From: Lobosporangium transversale
Lineage: Eukaryota
NCBI RefSeq assembly: GCF_002105155.1
Contig: NW_019028982.1
Location: forward strand, 1,302,001 to 1,354,255
Length of the DNA stretch: 52,255 nt
Reading direction: 5' to 3'
Positions within the stretch are counted from its first letter, which is position 1. Each line of letters opens with the position of its first letter. Made by a program: the position numbers and the translations under genes. The notes below the pieces were generated by a model, which searched no databases, was not told where the DNA came from, and saw only the letters and a list, made by a program, of their open reading frames with translations. This document shows positions 49,299 to 52,255 of this stretch, one piece after another.

Positions 49299-49333
49299 TG
49301 TTGACACGTCAACAGTGCTATGTAGTAGCCAAT
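49299..49333 (+). promoter_or_regulatory. UPRE-like palindrome plus CCAAT box upstream of BiP
   Basis: TGTTGAC-AC-GTCAACA (49299-49314) contains TGACGTG on the minus strand. CCAAT at 49329-49333. About 320 bp upstream of the ATG. Confidence 0.6.
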
Positions 49334-49630
49334 CAGGTGTTGCCATATCAGGTCTCCCTGTTTCTTGAATTTATTTCTGTATTGGACTGTGTTCTATGGC
49401 CTTCTGTGTCCCAGAGCACGTACAAAAAAGCTTAAACGCGCTTTGTTTGCTGGCAAAGCCTGGCTTTCTTCCTTCTCTGGTTACAACAAACCAGCCTATA
49501 TATATTCTCCCTTCTCTCTCTTTTTCTTTCTTTCTTTTTTTTTTTTCCTCATCATCAGTCTCCACCACTTCTGTTCTTTCCCTCCTTTCTTCACCTCATC
49601 TTCCATCCTCATCTCTTACGACTCCAACTC

Positions 49631-52011
49631 ATGTCAAAGTTCATCAAGAGCGTTCTCGCTCTGGTCACTGTGGCATTGGTCTGCATGGTCGCTATTACGA
49701 CCGTCAAAGCCGATGCTGACGAGACCCGCGAGTCCTATGGCACTGTCATTGGTATCGGTAAGTCAATATACTATCTCTCACACACTTTTACCCGTGTGAT
49801 CATGCAAAAAAAGTCTGTACAAAGCTGTCTTGAACAGATCCAGCGTGTATTATAAAGAAAGAAAAATGAAGGCGATCAACTACCGCAATAATATCGAGGA
49901 CAGATTCGTGGAGAAGCCCTTCTCATAGGAGCAGTAGCAGCAAGATCAGTTACATATTTTTCCCTTTTTTACTATGATCTGATACTCAGTGGCTATGGAG
50001 TGGGTTAAAGAGCGCAGAGCAACTATTCTGCAAATGCCTCGATTGCGTTCATTTTCAATCTCCCCCTTCCTTGAATCGAAAATTCATCACTAACAACCGC
50101 CTCTCTTGTTTTTGCCTGTCGCTTGTTTTTTATAATTAACCAAATAGATCTTGGAACCACCTACTCCTGTGTCGGCGTCTACAAGAATGGACGCGTTGAA
50201 ATTATCGCCAATGATCAAGGTCATCGTATCACTCCCTCCTATGTCGCATTCACTGAGGACGAGCGTCTTGTCGGAGATGCCGCCAAGAATCAGTACGCTG
50301 CCAACCCCACCAACACAATTTTTGATGCCAAACGTCTGATTGGTCGCCGTTTCGATGATAAGGATGTCCAGAATGATATTAAGCACTTCCCATTCAAAGT
50401 CAAGAGCAAAGGTGGCGCTCCTGTCATCCAGGTCGAGGTCAAAGGAGAGCCAAAGACCTTCACGCCTGAGGAGATTTCCGCTATGGTTTTGGGCAAGATG
50501 AAGGAGATTGCCGAAGCCTTCCTTTCCAAGAAGGTTACCCACGCCGTCGTCACTGTCCCCGCCTACTTCAACGACGCTCAGCGTCAGGCTACTAAGGATG
50601 CCGGTGCTATTGCTGGCTTGAACGTCCTCCGTATTGTCAACGAACCCACCGCCGCCGCAATCGCTTACGGTTTGGACAAGAAGGATGGTGAGCGCACTAT
50701 TCTCGTCTATGATCTTGGTGGTGGTACTTTTGATGTCTCTCTTTTGTCGATCGACGACGGTGTCTTTGAAGTTCTCGCCACGTCTGGTGACACTCACTTG
50801 GGAGGAGAGGATTTCGACCAGCGTGTTATTGATCACTTTGTCAAGCAATACAAGAAGAAGAACGGCAAGGATATCACCAAGGATCTCAAGACCATGGGCA
50901 AGCTCAAGCGTGAGGTTGAGAAGGCCAAGCGCACTCTTTCTTCCCAGATGTCTGTCCGTATTGAGATTGATTCTTTCCATGAAGGTAATGACTTTTCCGA
51001 GACCTTGACCCGCGCCAAGTTTGAGGAGCTCAACATGGATTTGTTCAAGAACACAATCAAGCCTGTCGAGCAAGTCCTCAAGGATGCCGGCCTCGAAAAG
51101 AGCGATATTCATGACATTGTCCTCGTTGGTGGTTCTACTCGTATCCCCAAGGTCATCTCTCTTATTGAGGACTTCTTTGGTGGTAAGAAGGCATCCAAGG
51201 GTATTAATCCTGATGAAGCTGTCGCTTATGGTGCCGCTGTTCAGGGTGGTGTCCTCTCTGGTGAGTCTGCCGCTGATTCCGTCCTTCTTTTGGATGTCAA
51301 CCCGTTGACCCTCGGAATTGAAACCACTGGAGGTGTTATGACCAAGCTTATTCCCCGCAACACTGGTATCCCTACAAGAAGTCTCAAATTTTCTCTACCG
51401 CCGCCGACAATCAGCAGACTGTTTTGATTCAGGTCTTTGAGGGAGAGCGTGGTATGACTAAGGACAATAACCAGCTCGGCAAGTTTGAGCTGACCAACAT
51501 TCCCCCAGCTCCTCGTGGTGTTCCTCAGATCGAGGTCACTTTTGAGATTGATGCCAAACGGTATCTTGCGTGTCTCTGCCTCTGACAAGGGCACTGGCAA
51601 GACTGAGAGCATCACCATCACTAACGCAAGGGCCGCCTTTCTGACGAGGAAATTGAACGCATGATCAAGGAGGCTGAGCAGTTTGCCAGCGAGGATCAGG
51701 CAATCAAGGAACGTGTTGAAGCCAAGAACGTTCTCGAGAACTACCTTTACTCTGTCAAGAACCAGGTCACTGATGACTCTCAGTTGGGAGCTAAGATTGA
51801 CGCTGATGATAAGAAGACCATCTTGGATGCCATTGCCACCAAGATCTCGTGGCTTGAGTCCGAGGGTGCCTCTGCCACTAAGGAGGAGCTTGATGAGAAG
51901 AAGGAGGAGATTGAGGCCATTGTTAACCCCATCACCTCTAAGCTCTACGGCTCCTCCGGCGGCTCCGGCACTCCTCCTAGTGAGGAGATGCCTTCGCACG
52001 ACGAGCTTTAA
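49631..52011 (+). CDS. KAR2: ER Hsp70 BiP/Kar2; reading frame broken by 1-nt indels in the 3' half
   Basis: Signal peptide on exon 49631-49757; intron 49758-50147. Motifs [25 protein letters not shown] and C-terminal HDEL. Indels near 51375, 51557 and 51626. Confidence 0.96.
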
Positions 52012-52255
52012 AAAAAATGCATTCTCTCCCTCGGGCAGATTCTTTTTTCTTTATCGTAAAATAATATTTTTGCCAGCTCATTCTTTTTTTTTCTGCTTGT
52101 ACAGTAATCAAATCCCCAATAAAGTAAAGAAAAAAATCTTTTTGAAAAAAACCATAGCCTTGAAACTACATGAAAAAGCCTAAGTCCACTTCCAGATCGA
52201 CAGAAATTATAAATACATAAATACATTCATGTATATATATGTTTTACTACATTTC

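Noticed and set aside
50090..51999. Long antisense ORFs opposite BiP (340 and 252 aa)
   Set aside because: Well-known by-product of Hsp70 codon bias; no independent gene signals.
1..52255. tRNA, rRNA, CRISPR array or intact transposase/reverse transcriptase
   Set aside because: No cloverleaf, rRNA-like sequence, regular repeat-spacer array or intact TE ORF recognised.

Overview
Eukaryotic, intron-rich fungal genomic DNA. Gene content, intron style and very long A/T homopolymers suggest an early-diverging fungus such as Mortierellaceae (inference). Thirteen protein-coding genes are supported, in order: 4-TM membrane protein, importin-9/Kap114, TCTP (-), a second 4-TM-type protein (frameshifted), STI1/HOP, type-B carboxylesterase, alpha/beta hydrolase (-), ELP2, kinesin-3 Unc104/KIF1 (-), Srk1/Rck2-like kinase, SCOT/OXCT1, HSP90 and BiP/KAR2. 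HSP90 and BiP carry multiple small indels. Two long gene-poor gaps (about 17.0-22.0 kb and 32.2-38.9 kb) hold accessory DNA. The first has a 96-bp foldback MITE with a 9-bp target-site duplication. The second has a decayed XPG/FEN1-type PIN+H3TH nuclease gene missed by the ORF track, possibly the relic of a PIN-TnpB/Fanzor-type mobile element. Other notable points: TCTP has its start codon split by an intron and its stop codon alone in the last exon; the kinase has a 48-nt frame-preserving cassette exon; some 3' splice sites are preceded by pure poly(A); and a palindromic UPRE-like site lies upstream of BiP. No tRNA, rRNA or CRISPR was recognised.
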